Shown piece after piece: positions 18,156-26,932 of a stretch of DNA of 64,000 nt (the first letter of the stretch is position 1; the number at the start of each line of letters is the position of its first letter). The notes under the pieces are model-generated. The model did no database searches and had not been told where the DNA came from. It saw only the letters and a list, made by a program, of their open reading frames with translations. Origin of the DNA: a virus. Lineage: Duplodnaviria; Heunggongvirae; Uroviricota; Caudoviricetes. The stretch is taken from IMG/VR virus record IMGVR_UViG_3300042483_000604. One strand, written 5' to 3'. The translations under genes were made by a program, and so were the position numbers.

Positions 18156-20978
18156 TTATGAAGATTTATAACTTCCGAGTACTTGTGCTCTACCGACTTT
18201 GTTAGTGTCTAAGTATACGTTTCCTCCTGCTTTTACTACTGCTATAAGTTCTGTTAATTTAGCTTCTACTGCTGCCATGGATCCTTCTTCTGATTTTCCT
18301 TTAGCTTCTCCTACACTATCTCCTCCGCCAAATATTGCTGCTACTCCACCTGCTACTGCTGCTAGTCCTGTTACGGCTATTAATGCCGGTATTGCCATTG
18401 GTCCTGCAATTGCGATAGCTGCAAGTCCTGCTGCTATTCCAAATAACGCCGGCCCTAGTAACATCATTGGTAGTATATTTTCCATTGTAACTGCTCCCAT
18501 CATTGTTACAAACCCCTCTGCTACTGCTCCTACTAGTGTTGCTAGTCCTGCAAAAACTGCTGTAACTACTGTTCCGAATGCTTCAATTCCTGGTGCTGCT
18601 AAGTTAAGTGCTGCTCCTAATGCAAGTGCCCCTACTGCTACTGCTGCTAATCCTATTAACCCATAGCCTGTCATCATAGATTCCCCAAATGCCTCTAATC
18701 CTTTTCCTAGTACCTCCAATCCCATTGATATAGGCTTAGCAGTTGCTGCTAGTAAAAGTCCTGCTGCTATACCCGGTATCATTGCAATCAACCCTATTGA
18801 AGTTGTTATTAATCCCAACGCTCCTAGAAGTACAGTTCCTTTACCCATTTCCGATATACCTGTTCCTAAACCTATTAAAGATTCTTTAAGCTTCTCTCCA
18901 TCTATCTGCTCAATTAACTTTGCTCCTAATACTCCAGGTATCATCGCTATAAGACCTATAGAGGACGGTATTAAATTAACTGCTCCAAAAAGTACTTCCA
19001 TGTTTCCGAAAGCTTTTATACCTTCGGCTATATTTTGCATTTTCTCTTTGAACTTTTCCCCTGTTCCTGAGCTGGATGCTTTATCTGTTGCTCCGGATAC
19101 ATCTTGAGCTTTATCAGCGATAAGGTCTTTTGTCTTATCTCCTCCTGCTCCTTTAAATCCTCCTACTAATTTATCTTTCAGTCCTCCTAAACCATCTTTC
19201 AATCCTCCTCCTTTGAACAAACCTGTTAGACCTGATAGTGCTTTTGCCCCTAACTGGTACATTGATCCAAAAGCTTTCCCTACTCCTGATACTGCTACTC
19301 CTAAAAAGTTAGCTGCTACTACTGCTAGTAATATTGCTTTCCCTATAGGGTTTCCTACTACCATTGCAATAAGTTTTGCTACAGGTGTTATAACGAACAT
19401 TAAAGCATCTACTAAGTTAACAACTACGTCTAAGACTGGTGCGAAAGCTTCTGCTAACTTTTGCATACCTACTTGCATCTTTTCTTGAACGTCCATTGCT
19501 TTTGACTGTTCTAGGGTAACTCCTCTTGCTTTGGCAATTTGCTCGTCAGTCATGTTCTTCATTGCCTCTTGCGTTAGTACGCTTTTAGCAAGTTGATCTC
19601 TAGACATACCCATTGCTTTAGCTAAGCTTTCTTGTTCAAGACGGTTCATGTTAGCGTACTCTACTGCTGATGCTCCGTTTTTACTTAGTTCGTTAGCTAC
19701 TCCTTCTAAGTCGTTATTTAATGCAAGTTCTCTTGCTTTAGATAAATTTATATTTTTTCCAGTGAGTAACTGTGCTTCTAATTCTGCAGATATAGAATCT
19801 TCAAAATTAAGAAAGCTTCCTGCAATGTCGTCTAGTTCGTTTAAGCTTAACCCTAATCCCCTAGCTGCTACTGCAGCTGCTCCTATCTTTTTCTCACTAT
19901 TCCCTAAAGAAGCTGTTATACTATCCGAGGCACTTAGTACGTCCTGTAAGACTACTCCGTGTGCTATTCCTGCTCGATTTGCACCATTAAATGCATTTAC
20001 TGTATCGTAAATTCCCTGTCCTACCTGGTCTGCTGACTTACCTGTGGTTTGCATCAACATTCCCATTCTTCCTGCTTGTTCAGCTGAAAGTCCTAATAGG
20101 TTCTTAGCTTCTGCTATTTGTCCGATTTGGTCTGGAGTAAATACTAGTGTTGCAGAAACTCCCCACTGTTTTGTTAGTTCTGCTGCAGTTTCTAAAAACT
20201 GTGCTGATGTTGCTAATCTATCGTTAACTCCCGCAATAGATGTTTCGTATTGTCCGGTTAATCGTTGTACATCTACAGTTGCCTTATTTACCCTCATAAA
20301 GCCGCTCCAGATAGCACCTATCATTGCTAAAGGATCAAAAAGACCTTCAAGTAACTGCTTACCTACCATTTTACCTGCAATTCCCATAGTCTGGAATTTG
20401 CTAGCACCATTTGCAGCTGCTTTTCTCATCTCCTGATCAATCTCATCTGCTTTTAAGAATTGACCTATTCCTGGTATTTTACCTAAAGCCGATACAAGTT
20501 TACCTGTGAGCCCTACTTTCTTTTCTATGCTTATAAGAGATTGCCTATCTGCTTCAAGAATCCGTTCTTGTAAATCTAAAGCTGCTTGAGCATCACCAAA
20601 GGCTTTCTCCTGCTGCTTTGTCATCTTCTTACCTATATCCTCTGCTAACTGCTTTGTGTAAGCGTATTTTCTTTCTAATTCTAATTTCCTTTCTGCAATT
20701 GTTTGTAATTGCTTTTCTAAATTTTTAGAAGTAGTTAATCCTTGAGAAATTCTATAATGATTTTTTACTAAGTCTTCAGAAGTCTTAGCTGCTGCTGCCA
20801 TTGCTCGTGTGAAGTCTTTTGTTGCAACCGTCATAACAGTGGCATCTACTCCGTCAAATGCAGATTCAACAGCTTGTTTAAACACTTCTCCTAGATTAGC
20901 AGATACTGATTTAAGTGTATCTTCTATGTAGGTTGCTGTATCCTGTACGTCTTTTTGCGATTGTTTATTTAACGCCAT
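18156..20978 (-). CDS. Tail tape measure protein
   Basis: 940 aa, Ala/Gly-rich helical, hydrophobic segments, LEAQLLTGKNINLSKARELAL region; follows the tail chaperone. Confidence 0.88.
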   Translation of the reverse strand: MALNKQSQKDVQDTATYIEDTLKSVSANLGEVFKQAVESAFDGVDATVMTVATKDFTRAMAAAAKTSEDLVKNHYRISQGLTTSKNLEKQLQTIAERKLELERKYAYTKQLAEDIGKKMTKQQEKAFGDAQAALDLQERILEADRQSLISIEKKVGLTGKLVSALGKIPGIGQFLKADEIDQEMRKAAANGASKFQTMGIAGKMVGKQLLEGLFDPLAMIGAIWSGFMRVNKATVDVQRLTGQYETSIAGVNDRLATSAQFLETAAELTKQWGVSATLVFTPDQIGQIAEAKNLLGLSAEQAGRMGMLMQTTGKSADQVGQGIYDTVNAFNGANRAGIAHGVVLQDVLSASDSITASLGNSEKKIGAAAVAARGLGLSLNELDDIAGSFLNFEDSISAELEAQLLTGKNINLSKARELALNNDLEGVANELSKNGASAVEYANMNRLEQESLAKAMGMSRDQLAKSVLTQEAMKNMTDEQIAKARGVTLEQSKAMDVQEKMQVGMQKLAEAFAPVLDVVVNLVDALMFVITPVAKLIAMVVGNPIGKAILLAVVAANFLGVAVSGVGKAFGSMYQLGAKALSGLTGLFKGGGLKDGLGGLKDKLVGGFKGAGGDKTKDLIADKAQDVSGATDKASSSGTGEKFKEKMQNIAEGIKAFGNMEVLFGAVNLIPSSIGLIAMIPGVLGAKLIEQIDGEKLKESLIGLGTGISEMGKGTVLLGALGLITTSIGLIAMIPGIAAGLLLAATAKPISMGLEVLGKGLEAFGESMMTGYGLIGLAAVAVGALALGAALNLAAPGIEAFGTVVTAVFAGLATLVGAVAEGFVTMMGAVTMENILPMMLLGPALFGIAAGLAAIAIAGPMAIPALIAVTGLAAVAGGVAAIFGGGDSVGEAKGKSEEGSMAAVEAKLTELIAVVKAGGNVYLDTNKVGRAQVLGSYKSS

Positions 20979-20993
20979 TAATGGAGATTTTAT

Positions 20994-21001
20994 TATAAAT
21001 A
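20994..21001 (-). promoter_or_regulatory. TATTTATA candidate phage promoter box
   Basis: 15 nt upstream of the tape measure ATG. Confidence 0.5.
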
Positions 21002-21014
21002 GCTAAAGCTCCTA

Positions 21015-21293
21015 TTATCTAGGAGCCTTTGTACTATAGTCTGGTGCTTTTATATGCCCGTTTTGTAATACTGATGTCTTACCGGACTGTTGTTGCTGTT
21101 GTTGATTTTGTTTTTGATAATGCTCTACCATAGTTCTATGAATATACTTTCTTAACCAAATTGGAAATTCGTATACTGATTCAAAAGAATAACCTCCTTG
21201 TCCATTAAAAACTATGTCATGTAGTTGTGCAAAAAGTCCGGCTCTATAATCCGGAGTCAGGCCAAAGAAAGCTAACCCCAATTGGGATATCAA
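21015..21293 (-). CDS. Tail assembly chaperone extension (probable +1 frameshift product of the upstream gene)
   Basis: No ATG start (TTG only); overlaps the end of 21244..21984 in the +1 frame; LFAQLHDIVF..GGYSFESVYEFPIWLRK resembles gp51-like/GT-type chaperone tails. Confidence 0.65.
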   Translation of the reverse strand: MISQLGLAFFGLTPDYRAGLFAQLHDIVFNGQGGYSFESVYEFPIWLRKYIHRTMVEHYQKQNQQQQQQSGKTSVLQNGHIKAPDYSTKAPR

Positions 21294-21984
21294 CCCCTCC
21301 TTCAGGTCCGTCTTCTGGGAAGAATTTTAAATCAATATCTGGTTGTACTTGTCTAACATGTTCTCTAAATGCTCTAGAGTCTCTTGCTAATAAGTAGTTA
21401 TCTACAAAATCTCTAATTGCTTTAGGTGTTGAATCTCCCTCTACTGAAGTAATCATTCTTTTTAATCTTGTTGAAAGTTCAGGAGAAGCATCTTTTGTTA
21501 GTTTCTTTAATCCTTTTACTTCTTGATCAATAATTTGCTCATCTGCATGAGTAAGTAATTTAAAAGTAACAGATGTTCCTGATGCTGGCATTGTAAATGC
21601 AAACTCATTCTTACCTCCTTTTAAAGCGTCGTAGTTAATCTCTTTAGGTTTTAATTCTGCAAGATCGATTACTTCTTTTCGTCCTTTGTATTCAAATTCA
21701 TAATCTTTTCCGTACCCTAATACTCTAGAAGCAATTAAGATTGCATTCTTATCCCCTACTAAAAGATCTCCATAGTTAATTGGAGTTATAATAAGAGACT
21801 GTAGTAATTTATCAATAACTACTCCTTGTTGGATATAATTTTGATTTGTTAGAATATCTTCTTCACGAGCTGTCATGTATTTCATTTCGATCTTACCTGA
21901 TGCTAGTTCAGAATCTTTTGGATAAAGTAATCCTTTTGATGGCAATTCTACCATTTCGGTAGGAAATTTTTGCTTTTGTTCCAT
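21244..21984 (-). CDS. Tail/baseplate assembly chaperone (T4 gp26-like)
   Basis: VELPSKGLLY...IEMKYMTAREEDIL...LLVGDKNAILIASRVLGYG; lies between the tube and tape measure genes. Confidence 0.8.
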   Translation of the reverse strand: MEQKQKFPTEMVELPSKGLLYPKDSELASGKIEMKYMTAREEDILTNQNYIQQGVVIDKLLQSLIITPINYGDLLVGDKNAILIASRVLGYGKDYEFEYKGRKEVIDLAELKPKEINYDALKGGKNEFAFTMPASGTSVTFKLLTHADEQIIDQEVKGLKKLTKDASPELSTRLKRMITSVEGDSTPKAIRDFVDNYLLARDSRAFREHVRQVQPDIDLKFFPEDGPEGGVDIPIGVSFLWPDSGL

Positions 21985-22014
21985 AAATTTTATTTGTTAG
22001 TAACTTTTTCTATA

Positions 22015-22028
22015 TATAAATATACGAA
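22015..22028 (-). promoter_or_regulatory. TTCGTATATTTATA candidate promoter (extended box)
   Basis: The same 13-mer TTCGTATATTTAT also occurs at 44998-45010 and 45966-45978, each directly downstream of a terminator. Confidence 0.55.
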
Positions 22029-22045
22029 TAAAACTTTTTTAAAAC

Positions 22046-22074
22046 AACAAAGCCTGACTATTGCCAGGCTTGTT
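22046..22074 (-). terminator. Rho-independent terminator after the tail tube gene
   Basis: AACAAGCCTG-GCAATAGT-CAGGCTTTGTT hairpin followed by a T-rich tract. Confidence 0.65.
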
Positions 22075-22093
22075 AATTTTTATTTTAATGTTA

Positions 22094-22582
22094 TTAGTAA
22101 TTTAATACACAATAATCCATTGCTACTTCTATTGCTATTTCTACTACTCCGTCAGCAGAAGTCCAGTCAAATTGTCCAAAATCTCCTTTTATTAAGAAAG
22201 CTCCTTTAATAATCCACTCCCCTACGATATCTCCTACAGGACCTAGAATGTTTAAAGTTAAATCTTTCTTATAGAAATCTGAATATCCAGCTCTACCTGT
22301 TACTGATTCGTATCCTAAACGAGCCCACTCCATTACAGCTTGTGCTCCAGAAGGAGTAATTGGTGAATATAAGGTCATAGCCATATTTTCCCAGTTTCTT
22401 TTTCCTCTTATTTTTCTGTAAGAGTTTATGTGATCAAGTTTGATCTCATTGTCTGAGAAGGTAGGTGCTTTTACGTTTTTAATCATAAAAGCTGGGATAT
22501 TGTCTATATACATTACGAACCTGTGCTGAACCATTGGTTCGAAGGCTCTGAACATTATTTCGTTTGGATCTAATACTGCCAT
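22094..22582 (-). CDS. gp19: Tail tube protein (T4 gp19-like)
   Basis: HRFVMYIDNIPAF...W.IKGAF...DW motif pattern; directly after the sheath gene. Confidence 0.88.
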   Translation of the reverse strand: MAVLDPNEIMFRAFEPMVQHRFVMYIDNIPAFMIKNVKAPTFSDNEIKLDHINSYRKIRGKRNWENMAMTLYSPITPSGAQAVMEWARLGYESVTGRAGYSDFYKKDLTLNILGPVGDIVGEWIIKGAFLIKGDFGQFDWTSADGVVEIAIEVAMDYCVLNY

Positions 22583-22627
22583 TTTATTGTTTACTTATTT
22601 AATTATAAATATCTGTGTTTCTAAATA

Positions 22628-24763
22628 TTATACAAACGTTGCTCCTGTTGGTTCAATTGTGAAGTCTAATACTACGAATTCAATTGTTTTAGCTGGTTGA
22701 ATGTAGATTTGTCCTATTAATTGATTTCTATCAACTACATCTGCTGAGTTATTAGATTCGTCCATTACTACTCTGTATGCATAAAGACCTTGTCTTTGTA
22801 CTACTGATTCTAAGTAAGGATTTACTGTCGCTAAGAATCTATTTCTTGTTGCAATAGTATTTTGTTCGAATACTAAGTTTTTAGCTTGGTCACCAATGAA
22901 CTTCTTAAGTTCTATTAATAAACGTCTAACGTTTACTCTATCTAAAGCTGAAGCTTTTGTTTGTAATGTTTTTTGTCCGAATACTGATATACCTGTTCCT
23001 GGGAAAGAAGCAATTGGATTTACTTTTCCTGAGTAAAGAGTATCTCTTTCTCCTTTAGTTAATCTTCTTTGTGCTTGAATTACTCCTGGAATCCCTCCTC
23101 TTACAAGTCCTGCTGGTGCAAACCATGGTGCTGAAGCTGCATCTGTAAATGTGTAAACTCCTGGTATTACAACTGAAGCTGGAATCCATTCGTTTTTACC
23201 TGTAGCTGATCTGGTTTGTAACCAAGGCCAGTAAGATGCTGCGTAAGAACTATTCAATACTGCTGCTTTTTCTGTTACTTGTGAAATTGTAGCTTCATAC
23301 CCTACCAAGTCTACCACTGCAATACAGTCTCCTCTATTTTCTGCTAAAGAGATAAGTGCGTCTACTACTGTTGGGTGATCTTGTGCTGTTATACCTGGTG
23401 CTACTATTACGTTAAATTGATAGTCATCTCTATTTTCTAATAACGGAATTGCACGATCTGTATAATCTAGTGCTACTAATCCTTGTGTTTGAGTAGCAAT
23501 ATTACTAAAGAAGTTAGCTCCTCCTATTATAGTACCTCCTGCATTGTAAAATGCTCCAGAAACAGCTTGCGGTAAAGATGCTGAGTATGAAACTCCTGTT
23601 GTATCTAAATTTACAGATATTCCATCGTTACCTAAATAGTTAATTGTAGGTAAATTTACATCACTTACTCTAATATAGTTTGATCTGTTTGGATAATCTC
23701 CTATCAATTGTAAGAACTTAGAATTTCCATCTGAACCTACTTGTGTGTATTGGCTACCGATTCTTTTCTCGATATAATCATCCGAAGCTGGATCTAATGA
23801 AAGGTTGTTAAATGTTTCTAAGATTACTTTAGTATTCGTACTATCGTCTCCTCTTCTTACTGATAATGTAAATGTTCCTCTAGAGTTACTTACGTTTGTA
23901 ATTTCCCATCTTAAGTTATCTTCTGAACCTGATATTAAAGATCCGTCAGTATTTTGAACTCCTGCATCTGTTGCTGCTGTAGAGTTATTATAAATAACTC
24001 CTTTACCTAATGTACTAATTGAGAATGGGAAAGAAGAAGCTGCTGCGTCTGTACCTCCCTGTAATGTAATTACTGCTGGTGAGTTTGGTGTTCCTCCTAT
24101 TACTGATCCTGTAATAAATGTAATTCCGTTTCTAGAGGTACCTGCTACTGATCCTGATAGTGCTAAAGTTGTTGCACTTGCTTTAGAAGCACTTACCGGC
24201 AGGTATAGTGCCGCATCATTAATTTGCTGTACCAAGTTCTCAATTGTAGTTTCTACATTAGATCCTGTTGGGAAATACCATACATTTGCAGTTGGTTGAT
24301 CATTTGGCATTGGACTATCTGATGCTACGAAAGTGTATGTGTTTCCTCCAAACACTACTGCGTATTGTTGCCCGTCTGCTGATGTTGTTGCTATTACTCC
24401 AGATCCTGTTGCTCTATTTACTCCTGTTACTTTGTTAGAAGCAATATTTGTACTTGTTGCTTCTGAGTAAAGTGCACCTTCTCTATCTACAACTCTAGTG
24501 ATTAAGGCTGTGTTACCTCCTTGAGAGAAGTAATTCTTAACAGCTAATGAAGTTAAGTATTCGAATTTGTCTGAACCTGAGGTGAAAGTTACTCCGAACT
24601 TTCTTACATAATCATTATAAGAAGTTACTACTGTAGGCATTTCTACAGGCCCTTTAACTGTTGGTCCAATAAATGCTGCTCCTACCGCTACCGGTGCTGG
24701 TTGTATAAAAGAAAGGTCATTTTCTCTTGTAAATACTCCTGGAGAGATAATTGATTCTGCCAT
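22628..24763 (-). CDS. gp18: Tail sheath protein (T4 gp18-like)
   Basis: SPGVFTREND, YWPW, WFAPAG..RG, FGQKT, RVNVRRL, IYIQP. Confidence 0.95.
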   Translation of the reverse strand: MAESIISPGVFTRENDLSFIQPAPVAVGAAFIGPTVKGPVEMPTVVTSYNDYVRKFGVTFTSGSDKFEYLTSLAVKNYFSQGGNTALITRVVDREGALYSEATSTNIASNKVTGVNRATGSGVIATTSADGQQYAVVFGGNTYTFVASDSPMPNDQPTANVWYFPTGSNVETTIENLVQQINDAALYLPVSASKASATTLALSGSVAGTSRNGITFITGSVIGGTPNSPAVITLQGGTDAAASSFPFSISTLGKGVIYNNSTAATDAGVQNTDGSLISGSEDNLRWEITNVSNSRGTFTLSVRRGDDSTNTKVILETFNNLSLDPASDDYIEKRIGSQYTQVGSDGNSKFLQLIGDYPNRSNYIRVSDVNLPTINYLGNDGISVNLDTTGVSYSASLPQAVSGAFYNAGGTIIGGANFFSNIATQTQGLVALDYTDRAIPLLENRDDYQFNVIVAPGITAQDHPTVVDALISLAENRGDCIAVVDLVGYEATISQVTEKAAVLNSSYAASYWPWLQTRSATGKNEWIPASVVIPGVYTFTDAASAPWFAPAGLVRGGIPGVIQAQRRLTKGERDTLYSGKVNPIASFPGTGISVFGQKTLQTKASALDRVNVRRLLIELKKFIGDQAKNLVFEQNTIATRNRFLATVNPYLESVVQRQGLYAYRVVMDESNNSADVVDRNQLIGQIYIQPAKTIEFVVLDFTIEPTGATFV

Positions 24764-24788
24764 GTTTATTTAATTTGTTTTAATTTAT

Positions 24789-24796
24789 TATAAATA
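24789..24796 (-). promoter_or_regulatory. TATTTATA candidate phage promoter box
   Basis: 25 nt upstream of the sheath ATG; another copy at 22604-22611 precedes the tube gene. Confidence 0.5.
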
Positions 24797-24904
24797 TCTT
24801 GGGATTTCGATAACCTTCTTATATGATTAGAGGTTCTATATTCTCTAATAAATAGGAAAGGAGAGTCAAAACCCTCCTTATATTCCTCTTATTTTTTACA
24901 GTAA

Positions 24905-25177
24905 TTACTTTACCTCTTCTGCTTCTTCTACAAAAGGAGTAAATTCTCCTTTTTCAAGGTCAATTGTACCTTTTCCGTAAGCAGCTTCTAAGGATTCAGC
25001 TAATGCTTTTTCTTCTTGTGCTAACTCTTTTAAATAGTCTTCAGCATTTTGTCTTCTAGATTCTAGTTGAAGTTTTAGTAATTCAATTTGACCTAATTCT
25101 TGTACAACTGCTTGGCTTTTTTGTTTTACCGTTTCAATTTGTTGTAACTCTTCTTGTGTTAATTTTTTGTTTTCCAT
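24905..25177 (-). CDS. Small coiled-coil hypothetical protein
   Basis: Heptad-rich ORF ending YGKGTIDLEKGEF. Confidence 0.65.
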   Translation of the reverse strand: MENKKLTQEELQQIETVKQKSQAVVQELGQIELLKLQLESRRQNAEDYLKELAQEEKALAESLEAAYGKGTIDLEKGEFTPFVEEAEEVK

Positions 25178-25233
25178 GAAACTTGTTTTTGTGTTAATCG
25201 ATTAATACTTTAATATAGTAAATATTTTTTAAA

Positions 25234-25572
25234 TTACAAACTACCTGTTACTGGTGTATTCCAAGGAGCAGCTAAAGTTGCTGTTACTGGATTGTTTATT
25301 AAGTTGATTTGAGAATCAATGTTTGCTTTTATAGCATCCATATCCATTACTGCTTCTAACCACCCTTCTGCTTGTTCTTGAGAAATTTCTAAGAAAGGAG
25401 TAAAGTTTTCCGGGTCAGGAGCTCCTACAGATTGTGCTCCGTAAGTCTCTGCAGATGTTCCATTTTCATCAGTACCTCTATATCTCCAGTGTACTGTTGT
25501 TACTACTTTTTGCATGTCATCTTCGTTTAAGATGCAATCGAATGGACCTACAGTCCAAGTGTAATTTGTCAT
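25234..25572 (-). CDS. Conserved small phage protein (tail-fibre-region family)
   Basis: YTWTV...VVTTVHWRY...FTPFLEISQEQAEGWLE; starts 23 nt downstream of the ribozyme. Confidence 0.65.
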   Translation of the reverse strand: MTNYTWTVGPFDCILNEDDMQKVVTTVHWRYRGTDENGTSAETYGAQSVGAPDPENFTPFLEISQEQAEGWLEAVMDMDAIKANIDSQINLINNPVTATLAAPWNTPVTGSL

Positions 25573-25595
25573 AATCTATTTGTTTTTAATTTGGT

Positions 25596-25842
25596 CATCC
25601 AGAGCCGAAACTCCCAATTTGTTATCTTTATGTTTCCATAAAGTTCGGACTATATCATCACTCTTACAAGTGTCGGGCGCTCTAGCTGGTTATTAAGAGG
25701 ACTTTACCTCTCCAGTAGTCTCTGAACCTTCCTAGGATGTATCCTAAGCTTGGCTGCTGATTTTCCAATCCTCAAGATTGTTACGCTTTGGTACTTGAGG
25801 CTCTAAGGACTTTCCAGCAATTCACCCGATTTAATCTGGACG
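25596..25842 (-). ncRNA. Group I intron-type ribozyme (IA-like core), intergenic, apparently circularly permuted, no homing endonuclease
   Basis: P element GAATTGCTGGAAA; Q element AATCAGCAGCCAAG (25762-25749); R element GTTCAGAGACTA (25727-25716); S element GATATAGTCC (25656-25647). P3 TCGGGTG/CGCCCGA; P4 TTGCTG/CAGCAG; P5a CCTCAAG/CTTGAGG; P6a CTTAGGAT/ATCCTAGG; P7.1 CTGG..GAGG/CCTC..CCAG; P8 CACTT-GTAA-GAGTG; P9 CTTTATG-GAAA-CATAAAG; likely omega-G at 25615. Confidence 0.9.
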
Positions 25843-25850
25843 TTTTGTTA

Positions 25851-26513
25851 TTATAAATATGGTTGTATTAAATTAATATAAAATTCATCTCCTCTACTAT
25901 TAGAAGCTACTGTATATGTTTTTTCACCTGTGTTGCTTATAGTTACCTGTATATCTATAATACCTGCTCCATAATTACTTGATAAGTACTTATCTTCATA
26001 TCCAATAAGACGACCTTTGAAGTCGTAAATAGGGATTCTATCAACAGGTTCTCCTTGAGATTCACTTAAAAGAGTGTAGTTATTTAATCCTGTTTTTGCT
26101 GCTGATGATTTTTCGTACAGCCTATATGCACCTTTATCTACGGTTTGTCGACCTCCGTTACGTCCTCTTTGAGTCATTTTATTTCTAACTGCAAAATATT
26201 TATATGTATTTGTATCTTTTACTACATCTGTTCTCTCTCTAAATACTATATTTGATGCAAGGTTTGCATCTGATATTGCTGATGCACGGTCTTCTCCTGT
26301 TACTACTATTTTGTTACGTGACAAGATTGCATAAGGGAGTGTTACGAATTGATTTGTTCTTGAATCAAATGCCGGAGTTGTTCCGTTTGGATCTCTTAGG
26401 TCGTAGTAAATTACTGCTCTGTCTCTTGTAGTAAATCTACTCTGTACCTCTACTTTTACTTCTGTAGCAGTTCCCCTATTTACTACTGCAAATGCTTGTA
26501 TTTTCTGTATCAT
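25851..26513 (-). CDS. Hypothetical protein
   Basis: Open ORF in the fibre region; no recognisable motif. Confidence 0.55.
   Translation of the reverse strand: MIQKIQAFAVVNRGTATEVKVEVQSRFTTRDRAVIYYDLRDPNGTTPAFDSRTNQFVTLPYAILSRNKIVVTGEDRASAISDANLASNIVFRERTDVVKDTNTYKYFAVRNKMTQRGRNGGRQTVDKGAYRLYEKSSAAKTGLNNYTLLSESQGEPVDRIPIYDFKGRLIGYEDKYLSSNYGAGIIDIQVTISNTGEKTYTVASNSRGDEFYINLIQPYL
25852..25859 (-). promoter_or_regulatory. TATTTATA candidate promoter directly upstream of the ribozyme
   Basis: Overlaps the stop codon of 25851..26513 and lies 9 nt before the first paired nucleotide of the ribozyme. Confidence 0.5.
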
Positions 26514-26524
26514 AATTTATACTG

Positions 26525-26932
26525 TTAACATGAACTTAAAAATAACCCATTATCTGTTAGTACCGTAGAGGCTACATTAACCTCCCATTCTGTATATACA
26601 TTTGCATCCAAGAGTGGTTCATAGTACATATACTCGTACCAGAGATCTGCATAATTATACATTGGATCGTAGTATGTTCCATCAAACCTATAATATACTC
26701 CGTCACTACCGTAGTATATATCCCAGTAATCGTAGCTGCAAGGTCCGTAAGCAGTATAGTTTGCATGATACGTGTATGTTACTGCTCCACTATACCCGTA
26801 AAACTCACTAACAGCATCAGGAGTAGAAAATCCTGCTGAATTAGACATACTTCTTAAAGATAATGGCGGGTCTACTCCTAATTCTCCTGCTATATCTCCT
26901 AAACTTAATTGCCCGCTAGCTGGTAATGCCAT
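26525..26932 (-). CDS. Fibre-associated hypothetical protein
   Basis: N-terminus MALPASGQLSLGDIAGELG...SLRSMS...VSEFYGY typical of small proteins following S74-type fibres. Confidence 0.6.
   Translation of the reverse strand: MALPASGQLSLGDIAGELGVDPPLSLRSMSNSAGFSTPDAVSEFYGYSGAVTYTYHANYTAYGPCSYDYWDIYYGSDGVYYRFDGTYYDPMYNYADLWYEYMYYEPLLDANVYTEWEVNVASTVLTDNGLFLSSC

Noticed and set aside
24810-24880. Weak hairpins between ORF 24905 and the sheath gene
   Set aside because: The stems are imperfect with no clear U-tract; not distinguishable from chance.
25601-25614. Alternative reading with GGAGU-UUCG-GCUCU as P1 (5' splice site after U25610) and permutation in L2
   Set aside because: It also has a U.G pair, but it would leave a 5-nt exon that cannot circularise. 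The 8-bp end-to-end helix with its U.G next to P3 fits P1 better. Kept as a secondary hypothesis, testable by mapping the cleavage site.
25851-26513. ORF upstream of the ribozyme as an intron-encoded homing endonuclease in a large P1 loop
   Set aside because: It has no LAGLIDADG, GIY-YIG, HNH or PD-(D/E)XK motif, and I found no interrupted host gene or upstream exon whose frame would be restored.
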